DNA of 64,000 nucleotides from Azolla caroliniana (Eukaryota; Plantae; Polypodiophyta), in assembly GCA_043228905.1 (NCBI GenBank), contig JBHGNT010000002.1, positions 5,022,001-5,086,000 on the forward strand. Reading direction: 5' to 3'. Made by a program: the position numbers and the translations under genes. Position 1 is the stretch's first letter, and each line of letters opens with the position of its first letter. A model generated the notes under the pieces. It searched no databases. It was not told the origin of the DNA and saw only the letters and a list, made by a program, of their open reading frames with translations. Positions 23,324 through 36,341 of the stretch are shown here, piece by piece.

Positions 23324-26300
23324 TTACGTTGCGGGTTCTCCGGCTTTGTCCCGTTCGGCGGTGAATGGGTTAGGTGGCATAGGGCCCAAGTAAGGTTTGA
23401 GCCGAAACCCATTCACTTTTTGCCGTACTATTTCTCCAGCCAACATTCCTAGTTGGAACGTGCCCTGTTCCGCTCCAATTATCCAGTATGGGCCGGTCCA
23501 GCGGAAACGTAACTTCCCCGGCATATGGCCCATGCACATTTGAAAAACTAGCACCGCTCGGCCCACGGCGAACTCCTTTTCCCTTGCACTCCGATGTCGA
23601 TCGACAAACGCTTTACGCCGTCGTTGTTCCTGTTCCAACACAGCCATGCTTTGGACGCGTTTTTCCCCTAGTTCGAGGAGTTGGTAGAGTCGTTCCTCCT
23701 CCGACTTGGCTTCTGATAATCGGTTCCGTACCTGAATGCGCAAACTAGGTACCCAAAATTCGACCGGCATCACAGCCTCTAGTCCAAACGCTAGCCGGAA
23801 CGGTGTTGACTGTATGCTTGTTTTGTAACTAGTTCTGTACGCCCATAACGCACTCTTGAGTTTGGTATCCCAGTGCATTCTATTTTCATTGATGGTTTTC
23901 TTCAAAATGGTCTGTAATGTTTTGTTCGTGGATTCTACTAATCCATTCGCCTGCGGGTAATATGGCGTGCTCTTCTTGTGGACTACTGCGTAATGTTGTG
24001 TTAGTTCCCGAACCACCGTATTGAGGAAGTAGCTCCCCTGGTCACTGATCAGCTCAATCGAATAGCCGAACCAGCACCAGATGTGCTCGTAAAGAAATTT
24101 GGTTGTGACCGTCGCTGTATTTTCACGTAGTGCCTTTGCTTCTACCCATTTGGTGCAGTAATCCGTGGCTACCAATCCGTACGGGCCGCTGCTGGTTTGA
24201 AGGGCCCTACAAAATCCAATCCCCACTTTTGGAAGGGGTCTAGCAGTAATACGGGCTGGTGTGGCATCCTTGCGTCCTCCGCTGATACAAATCACACTTT
24301 CTACAATACTCGGATGCGTCCTTCTGCGTTGTTGGCCACCATAAGCCCGCCTGCCATACTTTGCGGGCTGTCACATCGCCCGCGTAATGGCCGCTGGCCG
24401 TGCCGCAATGTGCCTCCCATAAAATTGCTTCCTTCTCATCCTGGCGGACTCCACGTCGCCAAATGCAGTCACTTCCTTCGTGATATAATATTCCTTCGAC
24501 GAGGCAAAAGTGACGGCTTCGGACAACTAGTCGTTTCTTCTCGTCCGTGCGTAATTGTGGTGGAGGCAGTCCTGTAGTTAAAAAGTACGTCATTTCCATA
24601 AGCCATCGGTCCGGAAAGGTGGATTCCGTTTTTTCTGCAAGTGTCACTACTCGCCAAATGTCGGCATCCGGAAAATCATCGTCATCTTTCTCTACTGTTT
24701 CTCCATTCTCAAGTCTGCTCAAAAAATCCGCCACTGCGTGTTGCGTCCCTGGTCGGTGTTGAATTACGAACTCGAATTCCTGGAGCAACAGCATCCACCG
24801 TGCCAATTTCCTTGTCAGGGCTTGTTTCTCCACCAAATACAATAATGCCGAATGATCCACGTGGAACGTGAATTTCCGTCCTAATAAATAGTGTCGGAAT
24901 TTATTGATGCTATAGATCATCCCTAGCGCCTCCCACTCTGTTGTGGAATAGTTACGCTCCGTTGCTGACAATTTACTACTTGCGTAGTATACTGGCCTAT
25001 ACCAGTTTGGTTCGGTGAGCTGCATTAGCGCGCTTCCTATTGCTATGTCTGAGGCGTCGACGAACACGTGGAATGGCTTCACCCAAACTGGAGGTTGTAC
25101 GACGGGGGCCTGTGTGAGCATTATCTTAAGTGTCTCATAGGCCTTATCCTCTGTTGTAGTCCATTGGAAAGGAGTCCGATGTACGGCAGCGTGTAGTGGC
25201 GTGGCGAAGTCCGCCAAATACCATATCATCCGACTATGCCACTGTATTTGTCCCAAAAATCGGCTAAGCGATTTGGCGTTTGTCAGAGTTTTAGCTTGCG
25301 TAATCGCGGAGATCTTGTTTGGGTTGACCGCTATTCCCTCTTTGCTGACTATGTGGCCTAGGAGAGTCCCGCTGGTCACGCCGAAGGCACATTTCGCGGG
25401 ATTCAGGCTTAAGCGTGCGGTGCGGCAACGTTCCAAGCATAGACGTAAGTGCGTAAAATGGTCTTTTGTTTGCCCATATACCACAAAATCGTCTAGAAAG
25501 ACTTGCATGAACGCCAGAATGTATTCCCCAAAGATCTCCGTAATCGTTCGTTGAAATGTTGTCGGCGCTGTCTTTAGCCCGAACATCATGACGACCGCCA
25601 CATATACTCCCCAGTCCGTGACAAACGCCGTCTTCTCCTGATCCTCGAGGTGCGTGCGTACTTGGTTATATCCACTGAAGCCGTCTAAGAAATTGTACAT
25701 CTCATGGCCTGCGACGGTGTCCAACACGCTATCGGTGAAGAGTAAGGGAAATGCGTCTGTAATGGTTACGGCGTTTAATTTTCGGTAATCTACGCATACC
25801 CGTATTTTGCCGTTTTTCTTTGGGGCAACCACTATCGGGCTTAGCCATGTCGCTTGTTTAACTGGCCGTATGAACCCCGCCCTCAGGAGCTTGTCAATTT
25901 CTTCTTTCACGTGGGTCGCGTAATTGGGGTTCATGCGGTAGCGGCATTGCTGGACCGGTTTTGCATCAGTTGCTAAATTGATCTTATGCTGATAGAACTT
26001 GGGATCCAACCTCTTCATGTCCTCGTGAGCCCAAGCGAACACATCTTTATATTCCATGAGTAGTGCAATCATTATGACTCTCTGGTCCGGCCTTAATTCC
26101 TTTGCGATGGAGAAGAACCGGGGCTCCAATTCCGTACCCACATTTACTTCTTCGAGAGCGGAAGCGGTGACTCGTCGTGAAATCTCCATTTCCCTTTCGA
26201 ATGCCGCCCGTGCGCGGCTAAGTTCCAATATGGACTCTGGGTTTGGTTCGTACGGCTCGTCGTGCGAAACAGTGGCCGTAGTATATTTTGCCGCAGTTGC

Positions 26301-26387
26301 GATGACATCTATTTCGAACAGCGGAATAATCCGAGGATGTTCGTCGAGGTACGCCTCCAATTCGGCATTCTCCACCCCATCCAACAT
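23324..26387 (-). pseudogene. Element F pol: RT, RNase H and integrase (frameshift near 24250-24295)
   Basis: VCVDYRKLN, LDGFSGYNQ, VFLDDF, VDASDIAIG, EAHCG...[33 protein letters not shown]. Confidence 0.92.
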
Positions 26388-29300
26388 ATTTATGTCCTCC
26401 GCGTATAACGGTGTTATACCATTAGGTTGTGGCGTGTTGCCTTCCGTAGGTACGCGAACCTTGGTGCGTCCATGCCGGAAACTTATACACTCGTGTTGCC
26501 AGCTCTACTTGATATTTGTTGTCCGAAGCCATGGTCTGCCCAGAAGCACTGGGTACGCTCCAAGGGCGTCCAAAGCGAGGACGACCGTCGATATGTCGAA
26601 GCGGTGTTCGCCTACGATGATGCCTATTTTGCGAATTAACCCCAACGGTTGCACTGAGTGGGTATCTGCCATGCGGAGCCAGAATGGACACGCCTCCCAT
26701 TTGGAAATGCCTAACTATTCGCAAGTTTTCGCGCTAATTACATTGACGCCTGAGCTGCCGTCGATTATGCATCCAGGAACTTCCTGTCCGTGCAATATTA
26801 CTGTAATAGCCGGGTTGTGCTAATCCACCACCGGTGGTCCATCGTTGACGACTGTCAGGTTTGTGGCAACGCTCGCCCCGGGTATGCCCGCCACCTATGC
26901 TTCCATGGTCTGGCGGAAACGTGGAACTAGCTGTAGCAGTTTTTCAATCGTTAACGTGATTTCACAGCCTGCTAACACCTGCCAAATGGGGTCCGGCCCT
27001 GGTCTTTCGTTCTCTGTTCGCTCCATTGTGTTCGCGGACTCTTGCTGCATATGTTTCGTATTGGTCGCGTTTGCTTTTTCCACCCAGGCTTGGGCTTGTC
27101 GTCGTACCTCGTCCTGCGCAGCCCAACCGTCGTTTTTGTTTGCTAGCGTGTCGTGACTTGTTGCACCTCCGTCGTAATCGTATTGACAGCGGGCCCCTTT
27201 CCCTTGCGTGCTGGGCATTGCGTGGCATAATGTCCGGGTTGCTGACAAATAAAAGAATGGATGCTTGATTCTCCCTTCTCGGCCCCAGGTGGTGTGTGCC
27301 GCTCTCCGGGTGCTACTTGCTCTTCGCGGTCCGGCCTCGTTTGTTAGAACGTACGCGGTGGCTGTTGTTGGTCCCGTTGTTGTTCCTGGTGCCACTCATC
27401 CCCCGAGCTTTCGTCGTAACGCCGGTGATCCCTATATTGCCGAGGCTTACCATGATAGCCATTGAAGCCGCCCCGTTTGTTTGTCGAGCGTTGATGTTCG
27501 TAGCGCCGACCCCCTTTGGCGTAACTCGGATGTCCACGATAATCCTTGTCCTCTGGGTCGTCCTCCTCGGACTCGTTGTGATTCCAGCAATTCCGGTTGT
27601 ACCGGTCCTCCCGTGGGTTGCGATCCTTATACCGGGGTCGGTCTTCTTGCCTCCTTTGTTCAGCCTGGTGCGGTTGACGCTGTGTGTCCATGTTGCGGAC
27701 CGCGGGAGTGGCTCTGTTTAACATATTGTACTCGCATTGGTCGACTGTGTGAACCTTCAAGTGGTAGATTGGGCAGTGGATTCGCATATTGCACTCCACC
27801 GTGGAATGCCCCGAGTTCAAGAAAATCGTGCACTGGATTACTTGACGAAATTGGCGTTCCTCATCCTGAGGTAACGCTTGTCGTAAGGATGACATCGAAA
27901 ACCTTTCCTCCTCCTCATCCAACTTGAGCTGTAACGCTCGTTCAATTACCATATCCGTCGTTTCCCCTTTCACACTATTGTTGTTGAGCGTTGCCCGGAT
28001 GGGCCGGCGTAAAGCTGCCAAAAATGTCTCCCGAGCCTCCTCCTCCACGGGGCTTCATTCCAGTTTCCGTCGTAAATTTTGGAAACGTAAGCTAAAGTCC
28101 GCTATCGTCTCGGTCGGTAGTTGCTTAATTGTATAAAACTGCCCGAGAATCTCGCATTGTGGAACCCTTCGATGGAAGAATCGCAAGAAAGCGGACTGCA
28201 GTTGATCGAAGGTTGTTATGGCTGGTAAGTCCATCTGTGAATGCCAGAACGCCGCACGCCCATCTAATGTTATTCCGAACTCCGTCATTTTCGATTGGTG
28301 TGCCACCGTCTCGGAGAGATTCTGCACCATGTGGTTCGCATTCTAGACATTCAGGAACATGCGAATATGAGTTGCAGCGTCGGTTTCGCCGTTAAAGCAG
28401 GGGTAGGCAAAGGCCATAGTGGGAGCTACAGCGGATTGAGAAAGGTCACAGGGTGGTTGTGGTGAGCGTGGTCCCCGCATCTCGTCGAGGTATTTGGGGA
28501 GCGAAGAATCCCCTTTGCACTCACGGCAGGTAGTACTGAGGTCACTGATGCGCGGCTTTTGTTGTGCGCGTTCTTTTGTCTGGCCTGTGACGGACCTTAT
28601 TATTGGCTGGTCTTGTCGTGTTGGTTCTCTGGGTCGTCTGCGGCTAAACATCCATTCGTTGTTGCTCGTCTGTGAGGAAACACAGATCACCAAGCGTGCC
28701 AAAAGTGTTGTCGTTTCAGAACACGGTCCGTGGTCAGTCCTTCGACCTAGACCTCAAGGTGGGTGTGGAACAACGAACAGGGGTTTAAGCGTAATGCATA
28801 AGGGGAGAACCCCTGTAACCTCTCCGCGTATAAGGGAAGACGGCTACAACCGAATCCCTATCAAAGGTTACACTTACGTACTACCACGCTTAAGTATCCG
28901 AGACACCGACACTGAATTAGCCGCAGCTATACACAGAAAATCAGAGAAGATAGAATTCTATTATCAGGCGTTCTTTACATTCCCAAAATTACACGCACCT
29001 CCATAAGAGGTTTTCTGCCCTTTATATATGCAAGGTCTAATTAGTCGTTCACGCTTCCTGCGTGAACCGTTACATGCATTAAGCTCTTATATAGTTTCTT
29101 ATTCCTACGCTTTTGTCTGTCGGTTACTATTCCAGCGGACAACATCTCCGGATTTAGAGACTTGATGTACATGATCCACCTGAGCATTGCCAGGTCCGGA
29201 GTCGCGCATCCGGAAACCATACCGAGAATCGGTAGGCAGTCCGTCTCGATTATTAATTCCGTCCTGATTAGATAGTCCTTGTCGGCCTTGACTGTCGAAA

Positions 29301-32300
29301 CAATACCCCACAGTTCGCGCTTGACTTGGGCATATCCTCATTGTCGCTCGCTCAATACGTTCGCCCCGAACCAGATCGGGAACCGCACGCCACTCTCGTC
29401 CTCCTTATTGATCACCCATCCGATCCCGGTCGAGCTTGTGTCTACGATTATGTAGACGGGGACCTCCTTGCCGTAGACCGTTTTTCGGAGAGCCGGCGCC
29501 ACGGTAAGCGCCTCCTTTAATCTCTGGACCAATTCCGTATGTTCGTTACTCCATTCGAATTTTTGCCCTTTCTTTAGCAACCCGTAGAGCGGTTCTGCGA
29601 CATGTGCGTAGTGCGGGATCCAAATGTGATAGAACGTGCATGCCCCAAAGGAACCTCCGCACCTCCGTAACCGACTTGCATTCTTCCTTCATCGCGGAGA
29701 TGGCCTCTACCTTTGCCGAAGACAGTTTCTGGCCATAAGGCCCGCACATGTGACCGACCACAAGGATCTCTGACTGCCCGAAAGCCAACTTCTCTCCAGA
29801 GAGGGTGAGCCGCGCACCCTCTAGTCTTTGCAGTACCTTCTCGCAGTCATCAATGTGGTACACCACGAATCTCCGGCATCCATCTGGCCCAACCGTTTCA
29901 TCCTTATCCTCCATCGGGCACCCCTTTATCGGTATATCGTCCAGAAATGGCATGGTGATGTCTGGGATGCAGTCCCTCAAGACCTTGTTCATCGCATTCA
30001 CCATGTGCACCACTGAGTTTGTCCCTCCCTGCGGTAGGGTACACATCCGCACTAAGCCGAGAGGTGTCCGCATCATCGTGACATCCCTGCTCTCCTCGGC
30101 TTGTTGGAACTAGTCGTACCTTGAGTATAGCTCCCCAATCGAATAGATCGACCTCCCGGCGAAGGCCTCTACAAACTCGTCGATCGTCAGTCCGACTCCT
30201 GTGTTCCGAATGGTCACTTTATTGACCGGCTGCAAGTCCTAAATGAAGTGCATCGTGTTGTTCTTCTTAGGCATTGTAAACCATCGATTCGAGTATGAGG
30301 CACTCGACGGTTCAAGGATGCCCATCTCCACCTTCAGCTTCAGCAACTCCATCAAATTCGGGATGTGAGCCTTGGGTACTGGAATCGGTTTGAGATTCGA
30401 CAGCACATGTGGTACCGTAAAAATAACCATCAGCTCAACGACCGTCGGGTCCACGCACCCGATCTCTTCCGGCGAGAATGCGAAGGCCTTCCTGTGCCTC
30501 ACAAGCATTCTCTGAAACCATTCCTCCTCCGTCGGTAGTAGAAAGCCACCCCCACCAACCTTGAGCTCCCGTAGAGTTATGTTGGTGAACCAGTGTCCTA
30601 TGCTAGCCGGATCCCGTAGACTTGGTCCGACACGACCCCTTTCATCTGTAACCCGCTGCCCTTCGGCAAGGGTGCCGCAACTGGCCTCAACTTCCTATCC
30701 ACAGTCTTGTACCTTGTATACACGCAGGTTGTCCGATCCGACCAGCCCTTTCCCCGAAGTCGGTAAGGACTTCGTACATTTCCACCGAGTTAACCGAAAT
30801 CATCCGGTCCTCACTGAGGCCTTCTTCGATCACCTTCTCAATTTCCCCGAGGGTGTCGTCGAAAGAGACCGCCTCCATGGCACCACTAATTTCCTCATCG
30901 GGGGCTAGGACTCCACATATCCTAAGTCGTTCCTCTGCCCGCTTCTTCTCCTGACCAACGATGCCAGCTATCGTACAACCTCCGCTATCGGAGAACCAAA
31001 ACTTCTTACCTATGGTACAAGTGTGGGGATCCTCCGGGGTGTCCGGACTATCGCGGCCCCACGCCTTGATAGCCCTCTCGAAAAATCCCCTCGGCTTTCG
31101 CCGCCGAGGATCTCGCAGTTGCGCTCATGGTTCGGTTGCATGGTCAGGAATTGGATGGAGTGTTGTCCATCTTGGCTCTTCACGCGTGCATACGCCGAAC
31201 CGTTATCCAGCACTTTCGTCTCCATACGCGTTGCCGTAATGTATGGTTCTCCGAGTATCACCGGATGCGAGGATGTCTCTTGCACGAAGAAGTGTTGGTC
31301 AATCTCGACATCACCGATTTTCACATGCACATTCCGGCAGGCCCCATGTAGCTCCTCTGTGGTGCGCGTCGTCGCTCGTATTTTCCACCCGTGCTTGGTG
31401 TTGAGCAGCCACTTGCCTTTCTTGTAGAAGTCCATAGACATCAGGTTTATCTCCGAACCGTGGTCTACTAATGCCACCACCAGCTCCTGGACGTCCCCGA
31501 TCCTAACTGGGCTCTCCATAGTGGCTCTTGCCCAGTGTAGCTTTGAATAGTGGCTTTCTGCCAACTCGTCTTCTAGGGCCATGTCTTCTAGGTGCGTCGT
31601 TCGTACCTCCACCGGCCTCTCCATCTCCAGCTCCGTTGAGAGCCTTTTTCACTTCACCAAGTCCACATTGGCCAAAACCCGGATTCTTTCTTCTTCGGGC
31701 CTTCGTCACCCCCGACCTGGATTCCTGCCAACGCCGAGTAGTGGATGGTCTCCGCGTGGCGCACCCGCTTCTTCGATCAGTCTCTTCATTCCTCCCCATC
31801 CGATATTCAGCTCCAAGGCTCTCTAGGTCTCGCTAGCGTGCACCCTCCCGTTCCATAGGTACACCACATTAACCCTTATTGCTTCTGCGAAGTCCACGCA
31901 ATTCTTCCGAACGTGACCGACCGCGTCACACCACAAGCACCGATGCCCACCCAGAGGCCTTCGATTGCGAGGCTGCTCTCCGTCATCCCTCCTCGCTTAT
32001 GCAATCTAGGGGTCTTGTACCATCTGCGTCAGTTCTTCTAGAGCCGCTCCGCCGGGCGGCCCCTTGACCACGCCAGATGAACCTGTCTCAAGCCAATCAC
32101 AGGTTTCCTCCTTGTGCGTTGGCGGGGGTCCCTCAAGGTTTCTTGCCACAACCGCTCCTGCCCCCAACGAGCCCTTGTCGAGCCACTCACGCCGTTTGTC
32201 GAAATGTCCGCAGACCCCTTTTACCACGACCCAATCGGCCGTCAGCCCAACGTCCGTCTCCAGCAGGAGACCCACTTGCTCCCGATCCCGCACGTCCAAA

Positions 32301-33449
32301 GCTTTAACGAATAAAAGGACACGGCTCATGTCCAGTACGGTCCTGTCTAGTGCCGAAAAACGTGCGAAGCATTCCTCGAACTCCTGGAGGAGTGCCGACG
32401 CATTACTCCCCTTTCCTGGGGTCTCTACCCAATCCATAAAGTCCCGCTTCGATAACCAAAGCGTGTCATCAAGCCTGTACCGCTCGAGGAGCCGTGCTTC
32501 GAATTCCCCCCAGGTCAGGCATCCAGCCTACACCTCGAGCACCTCTACGTGGATGCTCGGTGTCGCTACCCGGGGAAACCCAACCAGACGCCTCTCCTCC
32601 GGGATGTCCCTCATCACCATTTCGGCCCGGTAGGCCACCAAATAACTCGTGGCGTCCTTCCCATCGAACTAGCCTATTGTGTCGACAATTGCTTCAATGG
32701 CCCTGTCGAGGGCGCTCGTGCCCTCGCGGGCACTTACTATCCGATTGACTATTGCCGCCATGGCTTCGGCGAGCTCTAATCCCCTCATTTTTTATTCCTC
32801 TGCCAACTTGTTTCACGTCAGGTTCACCAAATTAATGTTGTGTTGTTATGCTCACGCGTATGAAATAAGGCGAGACCGCGGGAGCCCTGAACCGAGGAGC
32901 GTGAGGGAGAAGAGGGAGAGAGATTCGCAAGAACACTAAGAGACAGAAACGAAAGAATCAATTCCAATAACAGTATAAATTACATAGCTCGCAATGTTAC
33001 AACCGGCCAGCCGGTGACAGACGAACACACGCGCTGAAATACATGGTGGAGCCTCTACCGGAAGCACGTGCGCTTACACGCAGCATAGGCAGCCAACCTA
33101 ACCCACAATTCCTGCAGATACAACAATGATGGTGGAGGAGAGAGCTCGGTTCCCAGTCCGACAACACTTCTTCCTCTCAAAACACGCGATCCCCACTCAA
33201 CCCTTTTCCTCTCCTTTTATAGCACAAGGAGAGAGAGTCGTTACAGACTTGTTACATCACTTTTATTCTCTATCCTTTCGGACAGAGATCCCCTTCGATT
33301 CCCTACCTAATGAACTCATGCTACCTAGGATAATTACATCACCGACCTGTACTTAACTATGTAATATATCAAAACATGTGCCCGTGTGTAAGAGCTGGTT
33401 CACGCACACTATCCACCAATTCCTCCTAGGGACGGTTTTCTCCACGACA

Positions 33450-35800
33450 ACGCGTGAGCAATTGGGCCCACCAAGCTTGCCTTCGATTTAGTACACGAGC
33501 ATTCTGGAAATAAGCAAGATTTTGATAATCCAATTTCTCGCATGGGTGAGTAGTCTTGATGTATCGTTGTAGTAGCCATACCTAATGTCCAATGTTAAAA
33601 CTGGATGGACGTTGATGACGATCCGCGTAAACCTTGTGTGTTTGTTGAGCTTGTTGTAGATGAGTAGATAAATCCACTTGTATCTTGTGTAACCGCTCCA
33701 AACGATCCTCTACACAAGGATTTGTGGGTAACTCTAGGGTTTCAAATACACACCATCGGGGGTGATAGCCCGTATAAGCATAAATTGGTGTAACTTTTGT
33801 CGATGAGTGGATAGAGTTATTATACGCAAATTCGGCAAAGTGGAGAATATTCGCCCAGTCATCTGTATGATAGCTTAGAAAGCACTGAAGATACTACTCC
33901 AGCGTTTGATTTGTTCGTTCTGCTTGGTCATCTGTTTGCGGGTGGTAACCGGAGGAGAGGTTACAGGTGCTTCCAAAATTTCAAGACGAACTAGGGTCCA
34001 CGGTTGTTGATGATAGTATCGAGAAGGCCATGATGCCGACATACTTCACGCATGACAGTTTCAGCGATTTTCTCATTGGAGATTTCCATAGTACATGGCA
34101 AGAAATGAACCATCTTCGTATATCGATCTACTACTGTTAAGATCGCATCGAATCCCTTAGAGACCGGAAGATCTGTGATGAAATCTAGAGCAATGGATTT
34201 CCATGGCTTGCTTGGAAGTGGTAATGGTTCTAATAAACCATATGGATGATGCATTGGCATTTTTCCTCTACAACATGTATCACAAGTCTGAACAAAATCT
34301 TCGACAAATTGTCGCATATGGGGCCACCAAAATGATCGTTGTACTAAATCTAATGTTTTAGTACTACCAAAATGCCCAGATGCATATGTATCATGATAGT
34401 TTTGGACTACTTGAAGGCCACAAGAACCATTAGGAACATACAAGAGTTTCTTAAAGAATAGTAATTCATCATGACATTCGAATTGTCGATAGTCCGTACC
34501 TGGTTGTTGTGACTGTGAACAAGATGCTCGAGAGGGATCAATTTGTGCTAGAATGGTTTGGGTGAAAGCATCTGTCTTCAATTCCTCATGTATGGTATCG
34601 ATAACATGGGAATCCAACGACATACCGAAGACCTGTGTTGCTTGCAGTCGTGCCGGTCCCAGGATTACTTGCTTTTGGATATCGAAAGTTGGCTCTTCGG
34701 GACGCAGTGCTAGATATGAGTGTCGTGATAATGCATCTGCCTTCCCTTGTTGCTTCCCCAAACGATATGTAATTTTGAAGTCGAAACGAGTGAGGAATTG
34801 GGCCCACCAAGCTTGACGTCGATTTAACACACGAGTATTCTGAAAATAGGCAAGGTTTTTGTGATCACTGAATACAGTGACTTGATAAGAAGATTCCTCT
34901 AGAAAATTCCTCTATTGTGTAAAAGAGTCCACTATTGCTTAGCTCCTTATCATGAATTTCATAGTTGATTTCGGCGGCGTCAAACTTGCGTGAGTAGAAA
35001 GCCACAGTATGGAGCTTTTCATCATCGCCTTGTTGTGAGAGAATGCTACCAACGTGAAATCTGACGTGTCTCCTTCGATGATGAATGGTTTTTCCGGATC
35101 AACATGAGCTAGAATAGGAGTTGATGTAAATGCCTTCTTAAGACTCTCAAAAGTCATGTTTGCTTCGTTGGACCAAATGAACAATTATCCCTTCCTGGTA
35201 AGTTGTGTGAGAGGAAGAACAAGCTTTGAGTAAGCCTGTATAAACTTGCGGTAGAAATTGGCAAAGCCTAAAAAACATTGCACATCTCGCAACGAACGCG
35301 GAGTCTGCCACTCTACCACCGTTTTGGCCTTAGCTGGATCCATGGAGATGCCTTCCGAGGAAATGACATAGCCCAGAAATTCTACCTGGTTGCACTCGAA
35401 ACTACATTTTTCCAGCTTTACATAAAGACCATGTTCTCGAAGTCGTTTTAGAATTAATAATACATGATAATCATGCTCTTCTTGGGTCTTTGAATAAACC
35501 AGTAGATCATCCAAAAAGATGATCAAACAAACATCCAAGAGATCTCGAAATATATCATTTGCCATGTGTTGGAAGACTGTTGGCGCATTAGTGAGGCTGA
35601 ATGGCATGACTGTATACTCGAAGTGCCCATATCTTGTGCGAAACGCAGTCTTCCATTCATCTCCTGGTCGGATCCGTACGAGGCTATATGCTCCTCGTAA
35701 GTCGATGTTTGTGAAGAACCTTGCACCATTGATCCATTCTAAAAGACTAGAGATAAGGGGAAGTGCATACCTATTCTTGATGGTGACCTTATTCAAGCCA
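33450..35800 (-). pseudogene. Tcn1-like chromovirus (Ty3) pol remnant: RT, RNase H, integrase
   Basis: LNKVTIKNRYALPLI, DLRGAYSLVRI, EWKTAFRTRYGHFEY, FLDDLL, LNRRQAWWAQFL, HDTYASGHFG, PWKSIALDFITDLP. Confidence 0.9.
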
Positions 35801-36013
35801 TAGTGTCATGTGGTTTTTCACACATGATATGAAAACTAGTAAAATAATTATGTAAGATTAGCTTAATGGTTTGATATGGAAAGATAGATGTCTTCAAGAG
35901 CTTCATAACGCATTTTACTTCACATGAAATGGATAAACAAGTATCAAGTTATGTGTGAAGCACAAAATGTTCAAGGTTGGACTTGGGTTACACTGTCCGC
36001 ATGGATGGATGTG

Positions 36014-36050
36014 AACACCGGGTCATTTGAAACAGGTAATATGTCGCATT
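36014..36050 (+). repeat. Left TIR (AACACCGGGTCATTTGAAACAGGTAATATGTCGCATT)
   Basis: Reverse complement of 43578-43614 with one mismatch. Weaker inverted similarity continues ~80 bp inward. Confidence 0.95.
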
Positions 36051-36341
36051 ATGAGAACACTACGTCGAAAAAGGGCACAAAAGCACGCAGTTTTTCAAAA
36101 AGACACGACGCATGCGTAAAGCTTTTCAGAAAAGGTGGCAAAATATATTGAATTTCAACATGACTACCACTTTGAGTCATAAGTAAAATGCCTCCAAAAA
36201 TACATCACCAAAATTACAAAATAATGTACAACATGTCTACCAGTTACAATTATACATATTCGTGAGTTTACATCCAAAACAAATTTGCAAAGTTTCCGAT
36301 CATGTAGTAAAACAATCCCCAGCTTGAACCAAACCAATATA

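Larger units (their letters stand above)
19718..29302 (-). mobile_element. Element F: non-chromovirus Ty3 (Tat/Athila-like) with a 3' extra ORF, nested in element D
   Basis: Terminal direct repeats start at 19718 and 28706. Arg-like PBS TGGCACGCTTGGTG at ~28688-28701. Gag with CCHC-like motifs at 27344-28420, IIDGSSGVNVI protease at ~26740-26770, RT-RH and integrase. Confidence 0.85.
18202..33449 (-). mobile_element. Element D: Phygy-like Ty3 element interrupted by element F. 5' LTR 32836-33449, PBS ~32812-32829, gag-PR ~31000-32790, RT-RH 29303-30510, INT 18202-19717.
   Basis: Motifs: VALVDHGSEINLM protease, MCTLPQGGTNSV...PFLDDIPIKG RT (Physcomitrella RLG1/Phygy-like), AQVKRELWG RNase H, and HESPWAGH...CESCQ / ADRGELD / YNPETNGKVE integrase. 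Many stops and frameshifts. Confidence 0.85.

Noticed and set aside
36058-36075. CACTACG...AAAA as a CACTA transposon terminus
   Set aside because: No matching TAGTG end or 3-bp TSD. It lies inside a better-supported 37-bp TIR with a 4-bp TSD, and the transposase is not CACTA-like.
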